From NCBI GenBank assembly GCA_963693365.1, contig CAVNZM010000002.1, forward strand, positions 7,284,454 through 7,348,453: a stretch of DNA of 64,000 nt, read 5' to 3'. Below, in pieces: positions 50,801-63,574 of the stretch (the first letter of the stretch is position 1; each line of letters begins with the position of its first letter). The position numbers and the translations under genes were made by a program. Under the pieces are notes generated by a model. The model did no database searches, was not told the DNA's origin, and was given only the letters and a program-made list of their open reading frames with translations. Source of the stretch: Amoebidium appalachense (taxonomy: Eukaryota; Protista; Ichthyosporea).

Positions 50801-51305
50801 ACATACACTTCCAACCCCTTCGCGATGGTGCTCTTCTTATGATCTGCCGAATGTACACTCTTTCATGGTCAGTGTGTTCTTTGCAAGGTCTGCTTTGTGT
50901 TGTCCGCGGTAACTGTGTAATATATGCTCTATAACATTTTCTAACAAACACCCGTCCCCTCCCTCCCCCCTTCATCCCCGGTCCTCCCCGCCTCACTCAT
51001 CCCCCCCCCCCCCGCCCCTCTCTCCCTCCCTCATTCTGCTCGTTTACACGAGTAAATGCCCGTGCACGCCGCACACCCGCGCGGCCGCGCATGCACACAC
51101 ACACACATACGGGGGCAAAAGGGGCCCGGGGAGTATGACCGTACGACATACAGGCTAAGCCTGAGTTTCGGTTTGACTCAATGCGTGACGTACCTCCTCT
51201 CCCTCCCCCCTCCCCTTCCCCCCGCTCCCCCCCCCCCCCCCCCCCCCCCCCCCCCGCTTTCTCCCTACATCCCCTGCTCGCCGGAGGGGCGTGTGGATCC
51301 CAAAA

Positions 51306-51346
<41 letters not shown>

Positions 51347-51354
51347 CCGCCCCC

Positions 51355-51385
<31 letters not shown>

Positions 51386-51610
51386 AAAAAAAAAAGTTAA
51401 CAAAGTTAATACTATCCCCCCTTCCCGTTTCAAAATCAAGAATCGCTAACAGCTACCAATGGCACCCATCCAACGTTCACCGCGGGTGGGATTCTGAGGT
51501 AGCCATCACCGGGGCGCAATATTACCGCCCCAGGCAGGCATGTCACCAATCGTTCAAATCACTACCATGGCATACTAAATGGTTATAAAAGAGAAAACCT
51601 TAGTATATTA

Positions 51611-51793
51611 GTATGCTGCGGCCAGAACCGTGGGATAAGGCGTAACTAAAAATAGTGCCAGTTGGGATTAATTAGAATCCTGACTTATGAGTGTGCTATA
51701 CAGTACGATCTGTGTCTAGGCGGAAGACGGTAAGCTCCCCTGAGGCGGTGCCTCGCCGGGAGTGAAACGGGATAAAAAAAAAAATAAAAAAAA
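51611..51793 (+). mobile_element. 5'-truncated SINE copy with A-rich tail and 10-bp TSD
   Basis: TAGTATATTA at 51601-10 and 51794-803. The body matches the reverse complement of ~59325-59506. Confidence 0.88.
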
Positions 51794-52015
51794 TAGTATA
51801 TTATTTGGCATCACTGGCAGACGCCGCTCAGTATGCATCGTTCTGCCAAGCCTAGGTCATGATTTCCGTGGCTGACACAGTGAAATCAGCACAGTGGGTT
51901 CTCATTACTACCGTGACCAGGCCGCGAGTCCCTATACTCTGGGCCTTTCATGATAATTAGCTATATTCCGACTTGAAAAGCCGAGGGTGATATATATGGA
52001 AATAAGAGCAAGACG

Positions 52016-53258
52016 TTATAAACTAAAACCATAAAAAGCCAGCACTTCAATCAAACAATATTTCAAAGGTGGTTCTGGTTTAATCTGTAGTACATATATA
52101 CAGCGAAATTTAATCACTAAGTCTTCCCTATTCATGGTCGCAGCTTTCAATAGCAGCCCTCCCCCAGCCCCCTTCCTCATGGCATATGCGGCGCGCCTGT
52201 TCACGTTTCTCTTTTCCTTGTCCTGCGGGTACTTGTACTGTAGCCCATGCTTGTTGCACAGAGTCGCAGGTCCCAGCTGCAGGGGGGCCCTTCTCCACGG
52301 TGTGATCTGTTTTCCCACCACTGTGCATCCACCTGGCCACATGCACCGACGGAGAGGCTTCAAGCTGACTTTAACCCTGCCGCTTCGCGACCCAACGTCG
52401 GTGAAATCCAGTTCGGAATAATGGGCGGGTGGTGGTTGGCGATGTCGGGATGGGCGGCCTTTGCGGCGTTGTTGTGTGTGCTTGTGCTGCGCGTCTACAG
52501 CTGCAGCGCTGGGTTGATGCATAGCGGCGGGGAAATTCAATGGGTGCGGTGGGGGTTGGGGTATATGGGTAGTATCATCGCCATATTCCACGCCGGAGTA
52601 GATCAGACTACTATCCTTATCTGACGGGTGAACCATGTACACCATGTCATCCGCATTTGACTCTAAGGGATTATCATAAGGGATGTTAAGCGTGTGAAGT
52701 GTGTGAACAACTCGGGTAGTACGGTGCCATTGCAATTGCGTTCTCCGCCGTATTTGTACAGTGTTTGCTGACTTGAACCTCTTGTGCCCACGTCGTTTGC
52801 CGAAACTCCAACGCCGCCCGCTATTAAATTTTGCGTGGTTTGAACGTGGTGCTCCTGGGTCGGAATAGAACTTAATTCATCGATATGATGATTATCTGTA
52901 CATGCATGTAGGTTGTGGTGGTGGTGGTGCGTCCGGGTAGTGGGGTTCAATGACAGGGTTCAGTTCGTAGTAGGTGTCTCCGTTTTCGTCGACGTGAATG
53001 GGAACCCACCACCATTAAATTACGTAGTAACGCCTTTGGGCCCAGGCAGGCGGAGGGAACGTTGGGCACGCCTGGTATGGGCGCCTCTATCAATATTGCT
53101 GGTGGTGGGTCAATGCTGTATGACGGTCTCCTATTATGGCCATAGTCCAATGGATACGGTTCGCCGACAGAATTAATCATAAAGGAATCGTGTGAATTAT
53201 CATAGGTTGCAAATGGCACGATGCATAAAGGCCTGCTTCTTTCTTCTCGGGCCTCCAT
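52016..53258 (-). pseudogene. Divergent GATA-type zinc-finger gene, apparently frameshifted (three overlapping frames)
   Basis: CMWPGGC..TPWRRAPLQLGPATLCNKHGLQY followed by a basic tail in ORF 52016-52735. Upstream ORFs 52663-52950 and 52947-53258 overlap in succession, with the likely ATG at 53258. Confidence 0.62.
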
Positions 53259-54737
53259 GTTGGTGTTGTGGTAGAACGTATGTATTCGGTGAGAATTGTA
53301 GATTGATAAGACTTCGACTGTGAGCCACTTTAGTAGCTCGAATGGGTCGAAATAGCCACTAAAGTGCGAAAGGAAGGCATCCTTGTACACTGATTTGATT
53401 GGCCAGATCCTGGATCAATAAGTTGAAATAAACACGGCCGTATGTCCGTGCAATGTACTCTGATCATGTCTTATAACCACGTGTCTGGAGACCATGGGAA
53501 GCTCCCATGAACCATCTATCTTACCAGAGGCATGTAAAAGATTACGAAGGTTTATTCCCGTTATTAGTGTAACACATATTTGCTAACATATTACGTCTTA
53601 AACAATGAACATAATACGCGTGCACCTGTACGCGAAAGGCAATCTAATTATGGAATGTTGTGAATGAGTGTGAGCGAATGAACAATCAATAGACTTAGCT
53701 ATATATGGCGAAAAGCCATGAGCCAAGAGCCACGAGCCGCCGGCGAAAGATTGCCATGAGGCTTGTACTTATATTCTTACAGAGAGATGAAATCAATTAA
53801 CAGAAGTGTGTAAATAATTAACAATGATATAAGGCTGATATATATCTGTCATTCTAGAGAAATATGTAGTAACTTGTAATGTAAATATGCCCTGTACGTA
53901 CTGTCTCTATATGATAAGTAGCTGTGAGCCGGATCCACTCATAAGGTCTTATAGGATGACATCATAGTGAGCAAAGAATAGATCGAATAGATTGATTGGT
54001 TAGATCTGTAGCCGCGCACTTTGTACATAGATGTCGGAACTCTTTTAACATGATATTTAGTGTAGCCAAGAGCGCTAGAAAGTATAAAAGGTAGTTAGAA
54101 TTCGTTAGTTAGAAAGGGTTTTTCCCCTTCTTAGTACATGGTCACAACTAAGGGAAATAACACGCATAGAATTAGGCATTGCTTGTCTATGGTCATCACT
54201 ATTGCCTGTAGGCCATCGTATTGATACAGTCACGTACAGTTCCCTCGTCACATCTACATTACGGCCAGGTTGCCACAGCTTATGAGCATCAATAAACGTC
54301 CAAGTATTCATAAATTGCCATACTTAGTGTGTAACAGACCGCCGTCCTCAACGAGTGGCTCGTACCGGCCACCACCACTGCAGCTTAGTGGTCGAGCCTT
54401 CGCGCGCGCTTTCTTGGTATGCCCAGTTAGCTACTGAAGTTTCCTGCCTTTTTTGTCTTTGGACCAAGATGATTGGCGTAATAAAAGAAAAGAGGGTGCC
54501 AGATGCCAACCAACAAGGGGTATCGTGCTTTTTTCGCATTCCTCGGCAGTCGACAGATCGATTTCAGCCCAGATTTCCGCCGGAAGCTGGTGACCCCTTG
54601 AGAACGGTACATCGTGAAGTCGATGAAAAGACAACCTAAAGCCTTCAAATTTTGCCACTAGCATGCTAGTACATTATTATTTGCTTTCTGCTACTTTTTG
54701 AAAGGTCCCGCGCACGTTGAAGCACCTATATTGTGAC

Positions 54738-55605
54738 CACGGCCATCTAGACTCGGAGACTCAGGCCGTCCGTCGCCATCAAGATTCCCGGGATAATGAC
54801 GACTGAACCAAAAAAGGCTATCCTGCATTCCACAGGGGGGTACGGTCTACTTTTCCTACCTGCGACGATTATGTAATCGCGATGTGGTTCCGATGCTAAC
54901 GATTCGGGTCAACTTCTGGTTCATCTAGACTGATAACTAATATGTAGTAGAAGATCCACATATGGGTCAGATCCGGGTCTGTTGATGACCCGACGGGCTA
55001 TTCGCAGACACATATGTAACACGGAACGTCACTGAACTACCACGTGTTTTTTGTGTTGGCACACTAAGAAAGGCATAACTTGATCGAAGAGCTGTAGAAC
55101 GACGCGTTCAAGGCACGCGGGGATAACAACCGAGCCCAGGCTGCGCAGTCTCAGGCTGCAACCTTCATCGCTACTGAATGCTAGCAGCTATCGGTGGTGA
55201 GTGCTTTCTGTGAGTGCTTCCGTTGTTTCTTTCTGCCTCTTACTGACAGCTTGACACAGAGCAACACGTTTTAGTTGCAAGTAGAATCTTAGGCACTCTT
55301 TTTTCTTTTATCCGTTGTAAACAGAAGTCTCTTTGGTTACAAACGTATCGGTGTTCATCGTATACCATTCTTCCCAAAGCTACGATCAACCCGTGTTCAA
55401 CCCGTTGTTTACTGTTGTTAACGTTTGAGTTGTCAAGCACCCACCTAAAGGTACAACTTCTGCTGCTAAACCCACCTACTCTACTTGTTTTGCTCTGCTT
55501 TTCTCTCAACCCAAAATTGAAGAAGCAAAGAAAATGTAGCCCGAATCTATGCAAATGGTATGTAATATTACCTACGTGTACATTGTGCCCTAATAACAAC
55601 ATGCT

Positions 55606-55693
<88 letters not shown>

Positions 55694-57161
55694 TGTGCAC
55701 ACGTGTGTGTGTCTGTGTGTGTGTCTGTGTCTGTGTGTGTGCGGGTAGCATGGCGAAAGATATGTAGTGGCCGTCTGGGGTAATGTTGACGTCGCCTGCT
55801 TGAAGCGCGATCGGTAGCTGCCCTCCCCCCTCGATAGTCACGTGGGTGTGTGTTGAACAAGACAAAACAAGGCCGGCAGGGGTCCTGTGGGCCGACCAGC
55901 CCGGGTGGTACTGGACGATTTGGCAAACACGATCAATAAAAACAGGGTCCGGTATCTTAATGTGGTCCGCAAGCTCGCGTGCTCTTTCCTGCTCAAGTGC
56001 AGCTTGCTTGGTGCGCTCTGCTGCTTCCCGCTCCTTTAACTCGCGCAAGCGCTTTTGTTGTGCAGCCAACTTGCGCTCTTCATTCTCCGCCCGAACCCGT
56101 TGCTTCTCCTCTTCCTCCGCTTTCTTGCGCTCTGCCGTTTCCTCCTCTTCCCTCCGCGCTTCTCTTTTGGATGCTGCAGTACGAATCACCAATTTTGTTG
56201 CCGGGAGAACAATGGTTTTTGCGGGGTCATGTGGGTCACAAAAGATGCGGGGGGGATGGCAGGGTAGGACTTGGGTCCCTTGCGAATGTAACTTGCTTAA
56301 CGGGCTGCGGGTGTCTGTCATTTGTAGCACCTATTGGGAGGTAGTCTTCATGAAGGAAATGCTTAACGCAAACGTAAGGCCTACCGTCTTTGTAAATTTG
56401 TTTGAAGTGTTCAACACCATCCCAGGTGGTCCCTGCTTTGCTGAAGTTGTTATACCACAGCTCCCATAACTCAGGCTCCTTATCGGGATTTGGAAACCTA
56501 AAGGTAGAAACAGTTCCCTTAGACTTTATCTTTCCCTGTGGGTCTATGTTCTCCTTGCCCCTATTCTTGCGGACTTCGCTAGCATAGTTACTCTTGCAGT
56601 TGTACACAAAACATGGGTTGCCCATATTTGGGTTGGTAAGGAAGAAAATGAAAAGCCGAAAGAAGTATTGCAAAGAGCGGGCGAGGTGGGCCTTAAGCCC
56701 ACCCCGTGTGATATGTAAATCTGGGCTGTATTCAATGATACTGTGCCGTCAACACGCCGCCCTCACCTGCTCCCCGTTGCCGTGAACTGCAACGGCGCAG
56801 GCCACACAGACCGGCGATTGACCGCCCCTGTGTAATCGGCTGTTTCGTTTATAGATCCAATCAGAGGCTGTGCTGGAAAACGCACTAGGCCGTCAAATGT
56901 GGCTGGGCCTCCGGCAGTGTCCACGCAATAAAAAGTGTGTAAACCCCTCAGATGCTTGGAATCGTCTATTTGAGAATTTAAATAATTTTCCTCCCTTCCG
57001 TAATCACGTTGCTGCCATAGCCGGATAAATCTAAGGGGATAGTTTTTCCCGCCAAAAAACTTTACCGTACCTTCCGCTAGACTCAAATCTTGCACAAGCT
57101 AATGCATGAGAAAATTCCGATTACGTCACTGACGGACGGCCTGAGTCTCTAGATGGCCGTG
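54738..57161 (-). mobile_element. P-element-like DNA transposon, 2424 bp, non-autonomous, 8-bp TSD
   Basis: TSD ATTGTGAC at 54730-37 and 57162-69. The TIR is CACGGCCATCTAGAGACTCAGGCCGTCCGTC (31 bp, left copy with a 6-nt insertion). An internal THAP ORF is present. Confidence 0.9.
55605..56625 (-). pseudogene. THAP zinc-finger domain followed (after a frameshift near 56250) by a coiled coil; transposase N-terminus
   Basis: MGNPCFVYNC..TFRFP..LWELW..VCVKHF is the C2CH THAP signature. The E/K/R-rich helix is in ORF 55605-56330. Confidence 0.85.
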
Positions 57162-58018
57162 ATTGTGACATAACCAAAAACTTGTCCAGAGAACCCAGCT
57201 GGTTTGACTCGATTATGCCCGACTGCCGACCTCCATTTCCGGTGGAAGAAGGCTATCCCCTAGAGAACGCTACTAAGTGATCTCGGTGAAAAGACGACGT
57301 AAAACCTTCATATATTTTGCAGGTAGCATGCCAACGCCATTCTCTTTGTTTTCTACTAATTATTTTGGGGCGTAGCACACCGTGGGGAGACAATATTTCG
57401 AACGTAACTAAAAATTCGTCCAGAAAATCAAATTCTTCGCTTGCTACCCCAAGTTCGCAGCGCAGTATGAAGCAGACATTAGAGACAAAACTTCGTGTTC
57501 TTGGTGTCTGCGCATGCGTGACCATTAAATTGTCAACAAAGTCGTTGTGTAGTTTGTTTTCTGAGTTTTGTATATTTACTACCACTTATAGTGATCGCGC
57601 GCAACTAGGTCATTCGAGCCACAAAAGTGACACAGATCGCCGGTCGGCTTATCAAGATACTATCTCGACCTCGGACATGCATTATAGTATAGCTAATATT
57701 AGGCTACATAGATTTTTCAGTTATTTAGCTGTGCATGTAGTTACTATAAGAGCAGCTTTGTGCAACGTAGCTACAGGTTTAAAGTTTTTGAACTTTTAAA
57801 TAGCCGATTGATTATAAATAGCCGATTGATTATCATATTTCTTACAGTACTTTAAGAGTGTGCACGTGGAATATAGACCCGTGCGAGTCATGATATGCCG
57901 GAGGCCATGCACATGAGTGATGGATCGTCACTGGCATGAGGCACTTGCACTGCATGGGACGGGATGGAGTCTCGAGTCGTGAGTCATCGTTGACTGCACA
58001 GTCTGACGGCCCATTAGT

Positions 58019-58570
58019 GGTTCGATTCGTGTGAAAAGCCAGATTGCCAGATTGCCAGAATGCCAGAATTTTGATGGCATTCCAGAAAGGCTAGATTTCG
58101 GTCCGGTTCTTGTAGAGCTAAAATCTAGCTTTTGGGGTCAAGAAGGCACTTGCCATTTTGCGCGGTAATAGAATATCTTGGCTTATCTTAATGAACAATA
58201 ATAGTTTTGAAATATTATTTAAATAGTTTTTATTTTGTTAAATGGGCATTTATTACCAAGTTTTATGCATTTTTGAAAAGCTATACTAATAAGGCAAAAC
58301 GCCTAGGATTGGATACGAACTTTATATGGTGCTGGCGTGGCCAATCGTAAGGCGCAGGGTCAATCTGGCAATCTGGAAAGGGGGGGGGGGGGGGGGGGGG
58401 GGGGGGGGTCGCCAGATTCTGGAATCTTGAAGAGGGGTCAAATTGAATCTGGCCTTATTATTTGGTTTAAATTTTATGTGCCGATTTGATTGATCGACGA
58501 ATAACCATTTTTGGCGAGGCGGTTTTTAATCTGGCAATCTGGCAATCTGGCTTTTGACACGAATCGAACC
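58019..58570. mobile_element. Second copy of the ANT-TSD MITE (552 bp), TSD AGT
   Basis: Same TIRs and body as 9182-9722, with AGT at 58016-18 and 58571-73. Confidence 0.93.
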
Positions 58571-59322
58571 AGTACTCTGATGTAGTAAAATAGACTCGCA
58601 GCTCCTGGGAGGGCGGCGGGAAAAAGGGGAGAAAAAGCGAGACCACGGAAATGAGACTGTTAAAATTAGCTGTTATTTATATATAGCATCTGGTACGCAC
58701 ATAGTGTAGTGAAATTCAAGGCACATGTACATGCACGCTGTATTTGTAGCATTAAAACCCTTGCTACACCCGTACAAATCATTCGTGATGAAGCCTTTCC
58801 GTATGCGCACAACGGCAATGCACATTTGCAGCTGGAACCAAATACGCCATATATGCATGGAGGCTCGCACAGAGTGGAGGGGCGTTTGCTGAACAATATT
58901 AATAAGCACAGAACGTGTGTAGTAAAAACATAAAAGGGCGTAAAGGGCGGAAAGAGAAAAAAAGAATACCACAACAAGCATATTGTGTATTTTCAACTGT
59001 CATAGGAGTCGGCTCGATCATTCCGGGGGTTTACACACGTTTAGAGCCGCGAGCGACAGGCTGTGAAATTAGGGGGTTTAGGGGCACAAAAATGCCCCTG
59101 AAAACCCGAAACGGTGTCCCTAACTTTTGGAGGTTAGGTCCACTGATTTTTGAGCTTGTGGCCCTATTAGGGTCATAGGAAATTAATCACAATGTATATA
59201 AATCATAATAAAAGCTTGAATACTTGTCTAACCTATTAGTTATAGTCGTTTTAGAGGGGAGAAAAGGTGTTGGTTTAACACAATCTCTTAAAAGATTGTT
59301 GTTTCAAGCCCCGTGCCTGGAT

Positions 59323-59900
59323 TTTTATTTTAATTTTTTTTATTTTATCCCGTTTCACTCCCGGCGAGGCACTGCCTCAGGGGAGCTTACCGTCTTCCGC
59401 CTAGACACAGATCGTACTGTATAGCACACTCATAAGTCAGGATTCTAATTGACCCCAACTGGCACTATTTTTAGTTAAGCCTTATCCCACGGTTCTAGCC
59501 GCAGCAACGCTAGTGGAGAAGTGAGCACAGCTCACTTTAACAACACCAGCCGGGAGCGACCCGGGACACATACACAAACATAAAGACTTGAAAGGGGAAG
59601 ACCCCATGCCCAGGACGCTGACCCGAACCGTGGCCGGTGACTCGGATTGGTCTCCCACTTGAACGTTGGGCTGGAATGCCCAAGCGGCGCGCCGTCGACG
59701 TCAGAGGGCCGGTGCTGTTCATGACGTCATGTCTTGCGGCCGGATGATAACAAAGTGGTGGTGCTGCTTGACGTGGTCTGGGGTGATGGCTTCTAGGGGG
59801 CGGCCAGACCGGTGGACCGTCGAGGCAGAAAAATATCGGAAGTAACCTGCGACTTTGAGCTTGATACGCAGAGATCTTACCATTGCACCAACCCGCCCCC
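59323..59900 (-). mobile_element. Full-length ~580-bp SINE with tRNA-like head, A-rich tail and 18-bp TSD
   Basis: TSD CAAGCCCCGTGCCTGGAT at 59305-22 and 59901-18. The minus strand starts GGGGGCGGGTTGGTGCAATGGTAAG (A-box-like) with a degenerate B-box GGTTACTTCC, and the 3' part is shared with the 51611 copy. Confidence 0.85.
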
Positions 59901-60409
59901 CAAGCCCCGTGCCTGGATATAAGCTAGAAAATTAGAAATTTTTGAGAAAAGCCCCAGCATCACGGCTCCTGAATGTTCACCTGCCAAGATAGCCCAAAGC
60001 ACTAAATTTGTCAAGTTCCGTTTGAAGCCTTATTATATAACTATGATGTTGTTATCATTGTTCAAAAAAAAAAAGGGAACATTAAATCCTTTTGCATAGT
60101 GATTTTATATTACCCAGAAACCGCTTTGGCGAACCTACGTTTACTAAGCATATCCATACTGTACCAACCTCACAACCTCTCACACACCGGTACCAACCCA
60201 CACATCTGACGGTCTCACATGCACACACATTATACATACTCTTGGTATATCCAAAGATATACTGAAGTTAAGATAAACGCCGGATATATTTGCTTAAAAA
60301 GCGATTTCTTGATATATATGCAGTATTTACATTAGGGTTCAAAAATACCCCCTAATTTCGGCAGTGGCCAGTTTAGGGTCACCAGCGCATGGCAAAAAGT
60401 CGGAAAATG

Positions 60410-60672
60410 CCCCGGGATGACTTTTAGATGACCAAGAACCTAGAAGGTCCTAGATTGGCCCGGGCGAATGAAAAGCGCTGCAGCAAGCCAATCAGATGAT
60501 CGGAAAACATTATCAATATGTGACAACTTATTTTGAGCCAATGATTGTGAACTATCGCACCGGAAAAGAATTCCACTGGGTTTCTCAGGATCGCTCGCCA
60601 GGCTGTGAAATTAGGATTTTGGTTACATCTAGGACCTTCTAGGTTCTTGGTCATCTAAGAGTCATCCCGGGG
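60410..60672. mobile_element. 263-bp MITE-like element with 46-bp TIR
   Basis: 60410-60455 and 60627-60672 are inverted repeats with one mismatch. No clear TSD. Confidence 0.8.
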
Positions 60673-61406
60673 ATTCCCGGGCCCCTGGTTCATAAGTTTA
60701 ACAAGAGAAAGCCAAAGACTCGTGAGATGAACGAGCCAAAAGATAGCAATATTTTTTTAAAAAAATAAATAAATAAATGCTCTCTAAAGCCGTATTTGTT
60801 TGGTGCTCGCTATGCCACAGTCTGACAGTGTCCGGGGGTTGGTGTAGAAGTCCTCAATGATTGGCGCAACCTGAACTCTATGGTTCGTCAAATATCATGC
60901 ATGCACATTCCATTTTGATTCCTACACAAGGCTGGTGCTGTGCGGCTGTGCCTGCTGTTTTCAGAGCGCCGTGCTTGAGCCTCAGTGTACGCGTCGTTGG
61001 GAACCAGGGTTGGGCTGGGGTTGGCCAGCTTAACCGTATTGTCCTTTGGCCAATCGTAACGGACAGTTTCTTAATCGTAACGGGGGGGTTCTTAGGGATC
61101 TGCAAGCCCAGCTAAAAACGCCCCTCCAGTCACAAAACTCAAAATACGCATTTTTACAAAAGATACTGGCAGGCGAATGCGGGGCTCCCGTACGCGTCTG
61201 CTAGATGGGGCCGGTGGCTCATGCCCCTCGCGCAGGTAATCCAAACCTGTTATGAGAAAACGAATGTTGAAGAGTGTGTGTGTTTGTGATCCACGTCCTG
61301 TGTGTGTGCATGTGCTCATGTGTGTACACGTGTGTGCGTGTGTGTGTTCCTATGTGTATCGATATCACAGTGTGCACATGTGTGTGTGTGTGTGTGTGTC
61401 TGTGTG

Positions 61407-61442
<36 letters not shown>

Positions 61443-61447
61443 CGTGT

Positions 61448-61479
<32 letters not shown>

Positions 61480-61582
61480 TTGTGTGTGTGTATGTGTCGT
61501 ACGGTTCCTGTCGCGAGAAACTAGGAGGTACGTGTGCGGGGAAAGTCTTTGGGCGTTTGGGACAGGAAGAGAGGGGTGGGGT

Positions 61583-61632
<50 letters not shown>

Positions 61633-62863
61633 GGGGGGGGAGGGGGGGGGGGGGGGGGGGGGGGGGCATTAGTACACACCTGTGCACCCAGGGCGACAGT
61701 AAACAGGAGCAGAACGACCTGCCAGGTCCTCATTCCACCACCAGAACCAACCTTGCGGGAACCCATATTGTGTGGGCAAATGACTCAACAACGCCGTTAT
61801 AATTACGTGGCTACGCGAAGTACTTTTGAAAAGAAGTGTGCTTGGTTTGTTTCAGTACGTTTACTGAGTGCCCCTGTTACGTTTTACTGGGTGGTAACGT
61901 GCCATAGCTGCCCAAAACGCATTGCCGCGCTCGCTGCAAACAGCGCAACGATCTAGACAATTGGTACCGGTATGGGCGCAAATTGTCCAATCGCATTTAG
62001 AGACCCCTAAGGTAGTCAAACTTTGTACCCCAAAAGTTCAAATTACAGTATTTGATCCCGGTATCCGTTCTCCGTTCCTTATCGGGGCTAGAGGAGGGTA
62101 AATTAGCCAATCAAATCGCATATATTCGCAGCTACCCCGGCCTCCCCTCACCTCCCCCCCTCCACGTCCGGATCTTTCGAACCCTACTCCTATTTGATCT
62201 CGTGGAGTAGAAAGGAGCCTACCGGCCCCAAAAAAATTAGGTACAGTTAGATATTAGGGGGCCTTAAAGCGTTTATAATGCTATACATCTGATACGAAGG
62301 CTGTTACGACGGCACCCTAACCTTAATCGTATCAGGGTCTTTCGTTAATCGTAATTACGACAATTTTTTTTTCGTAATCCCCCCCCTGTTAACGTTGGGA
62401 ACTTGGGAGTGCACCAAACCTATGCATATGCATGTATCCACGTAGATTTACACTGTGGGAAGCTATTACGGACAGTCAGAAAGTCACACCCGCACATGGG
62501 GAACTTCTTCTTCTTCTTCTTCTTCTTCTTCTCCTCTAACATTCTCAAGGGGGGCGCGCGGGGGGCGGGGGGAGGGGGGGGGGGGGGGGGGGGCCGGGGG
62601 GGGGATGATAAGTATCATGATGCGCGTGTGTAGTTATGGATACCGCTATTACAATAAGGTTCTCATGTATCCTGCGCTTCATGGTCGTGATTATGAGCAG
62701 TACAGCTGGTCCCCATGGGACCCTCACTCACTCGATCAGGCATGCAGGCATATATATGTGCAGGGCGAAGGTTGCCGAGTGGTGTGCGAGGGAGATATGC
62801 GTGCTGTATGTCATGTTCTCGATACTGATTGAATTTGGAGTATTAGTAGGTCCAACGAACGGG

Positions 62864-63034
<171 letters not shown>

Positions 63035-63376
63035 CGCGAGTCTCTCCTCACGTTTTTTTTACCAGCCCCTCCCCCCCCCCCCTCCCGTCCCATAGTATCT
63101 CTTCTGTTTTGTCTCTTCTTCCGAACGGTTTTAACCCTTCTCTCGGTTCTTATATAGTCAACAAAAACTCGAGCCAATGCAACACACACAAGACACGTGT
63201 GTGTCTTGACACGCGTGTGTCAACACACACAAGACACGTGTGCAACGCACACAAGACACGTCGCATATTCGTATAGACACAGGCATATGCATGTAGTTCG
63301 GCACGCTCTGGAAGCTTGTCACCGTTCACACACACCAAAGTGCCGGAGTTACGGACATGCGAACACCGCACGCGGG

Positions 63377-63448
<72 letters not shown>

Positions 63449-63487
63449 CATGCATGCACGCACGCACGCGCGCGCGCACACGCGCGT

Positions 63488-63574
<87 letters not shown>

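Noticed and set aside
51738-51775. Hammerhead-like CTGAGGC..GAAAC in the SINE tail
   Set aside because: The core is not CUGANGA and it sits inside a hairpin stem.
59830-59900. Functional tRNA gene
   Set aside because: No convincing cloverleaf, a degenerate B-box, and it lies inside a TSD-flanked SINE.
59057-60367. hAT-like element with GAAATTAGGGGGT inverted repeats, and telomere-like TTAGGG motifs
   Set aside because: The outer TIR bases and 8-bp flanks do not match, and the TTAGGG motifs are scattered rather than tandem.
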